This document shows, piece by piece, positions 63,358 through 64,000 of a stretch of 64,000 bases of DNA. The position numbers and the translations under genes were made by a program. The DNA is from a virus (taxonomy: Duplodnaviria > Caudoviricetes), in the IMG/VR virus record IMGVR_UViG_3300006752_000009, one strand, 5' to 3'. How positions within the stretch are numbered: position 1 is the first letter of the stretch; every line of letters starts with the position of its first letter. The notes beneath the pieces are model-generated. The model ran no database searches. It saw nothing but the letters and a program-made list of their open reading frames with translations, and was not told the DNA's origin.

Positions 63358-64000
63358 CTTTTAGATCCCATTACAGCTCATAAAATAGCTATTTCTTTAC
63401 TAAAAAGACCTTTTCCGTACCCGAAAATCTTCGACCCACATAAGGTCTTTGGGTTAGAATTCCCAAACCGATTAGGTATTAGTGCTGGCTTCGATAAAGA
63501 CGCTGTTGCTTTGAGGGGTCTAAAATCCTTTGGCTTCGGTCATGTAGAGGTCGGCACAGTGACTCTTGCTATGCAGAGAGGGCATAACCCTCAGTACATA
63601 GAGAGACAACCTAACGCTCTCGTCAACAAGCTAGGACTCCCTAATGTCGGAGTAAATCAGATGGTTCGGAACATCAAAAGATACCGACCTAAAGGATTAG
63701 TTCTTGGAGGCTCTATCGCTTATGGGGATATGGGAAATCCAAGCTATTGTCTCACCGAGATATATGAGACATTTGTCCGCTTGCGTAAGAGTGTAGATTA
63801 CATCGTTCTAAATGGATCTTGCCCAAATGTAGAGACACCAGAGAACATCTATAAATGCTTAAACCTTATAGAGCATACCGATACACCTGTTCTTGTTAAG
63901 CTCCACATCATGGAGGACAAGATGAAGTTGAAGTCCACTCTAAGTGTTCTCAAGGAGAGTGGAGTTAAGGGGGTAATCTGTAGCAACACCTTACCTACAG
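63349..64000 (+). CDS. pyrD: quinone-type dihydroorotate dehydrogenase, 3'-truncated by the window edge (not in the ORF track)
   Basis: My translation: LDP.TAH, F.N.LG.SAGFDK, GFG.VEVGTVT, NKLGLPN.G, LNGSCPN, PVLVKL, G...SNT. Confidence 0.9.
   Translation, partial: MLHLLDPITAHKIAISLLKRPFPYPKIFDPHKVFGLEFPNRLGISAGFDKDAVALRGLKSFGFGHVEVGTVTLAMQRGHNPQYIERQPNALVNKLGLPNVGVNQMVRNIKRYRPKGLVLGGSIAYGDMGNPSYCLTEIYETFVRLRKSVDYIVLNGSCPNVETPENIYKCLNLIEHTDTPVLVKLHIMEDKMKLKSTLSVLKESGVKGVICSNTLPT

Noticed and set aside
1-64000. Stop-codon reassignment as seen in some large phages
   Set aside because: Genes tile the window without interruptions under code 11, and TAA, TAG and TGA all end conserved genes at expected positions

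Overview
This is a 64 kb, densely coding segment (standard code 11) of a large tailed-phage (jumbo-phage-like) genome. It carries replication and nucleotide genes (nrdA, nrdB, thyX, purB, partial pyrD, a cytosine-deaminase-like amidohydrolase, SNF2 helicase, clamp-loader delta and delta'-like genes, a primase-type CHC2 finger, an SSB-like gene). Virion genes include a probable portal, a probable neck protein and two ~2,300-aa fibre proteins. There are also two free-standing homing endonucleases, a fused restriction-methylase and a CapA-CHAP fusion. The most striking structure not explained by these annotations is a dispersed family of gene cassettes. They share one 5' module (promoter-like TAGTYTMTTTAT box, ATAAGTGATC, TTAACC/AACCAA(A)TGGAG RBS and the coding leader MRRSASETIRNLExRIARLE) but carry unrelated payloads. 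Nearby are polyprotein-like genes whose domains (four HExxH zincins, an ART-like domain, basic tails) are separated by [KR]-x-A-[SG] and (R/K)VAxRY linkers. My working model is a capsid-targeting and protease-maturation system for interchangeable virion-delivered effectors, analogous to the T4 internal proteins. Other notable items are a ~255-nt stand-alone structured ncRNA candidate, a homing endonuclease ending in a duplicate of the nrdB 3' end, RBS-occluding hairpins, two promoter classes and a hairpin-rich non-coding region that may be an origin. All family calls come from motifs read by eye; no searches or folding programs were run.
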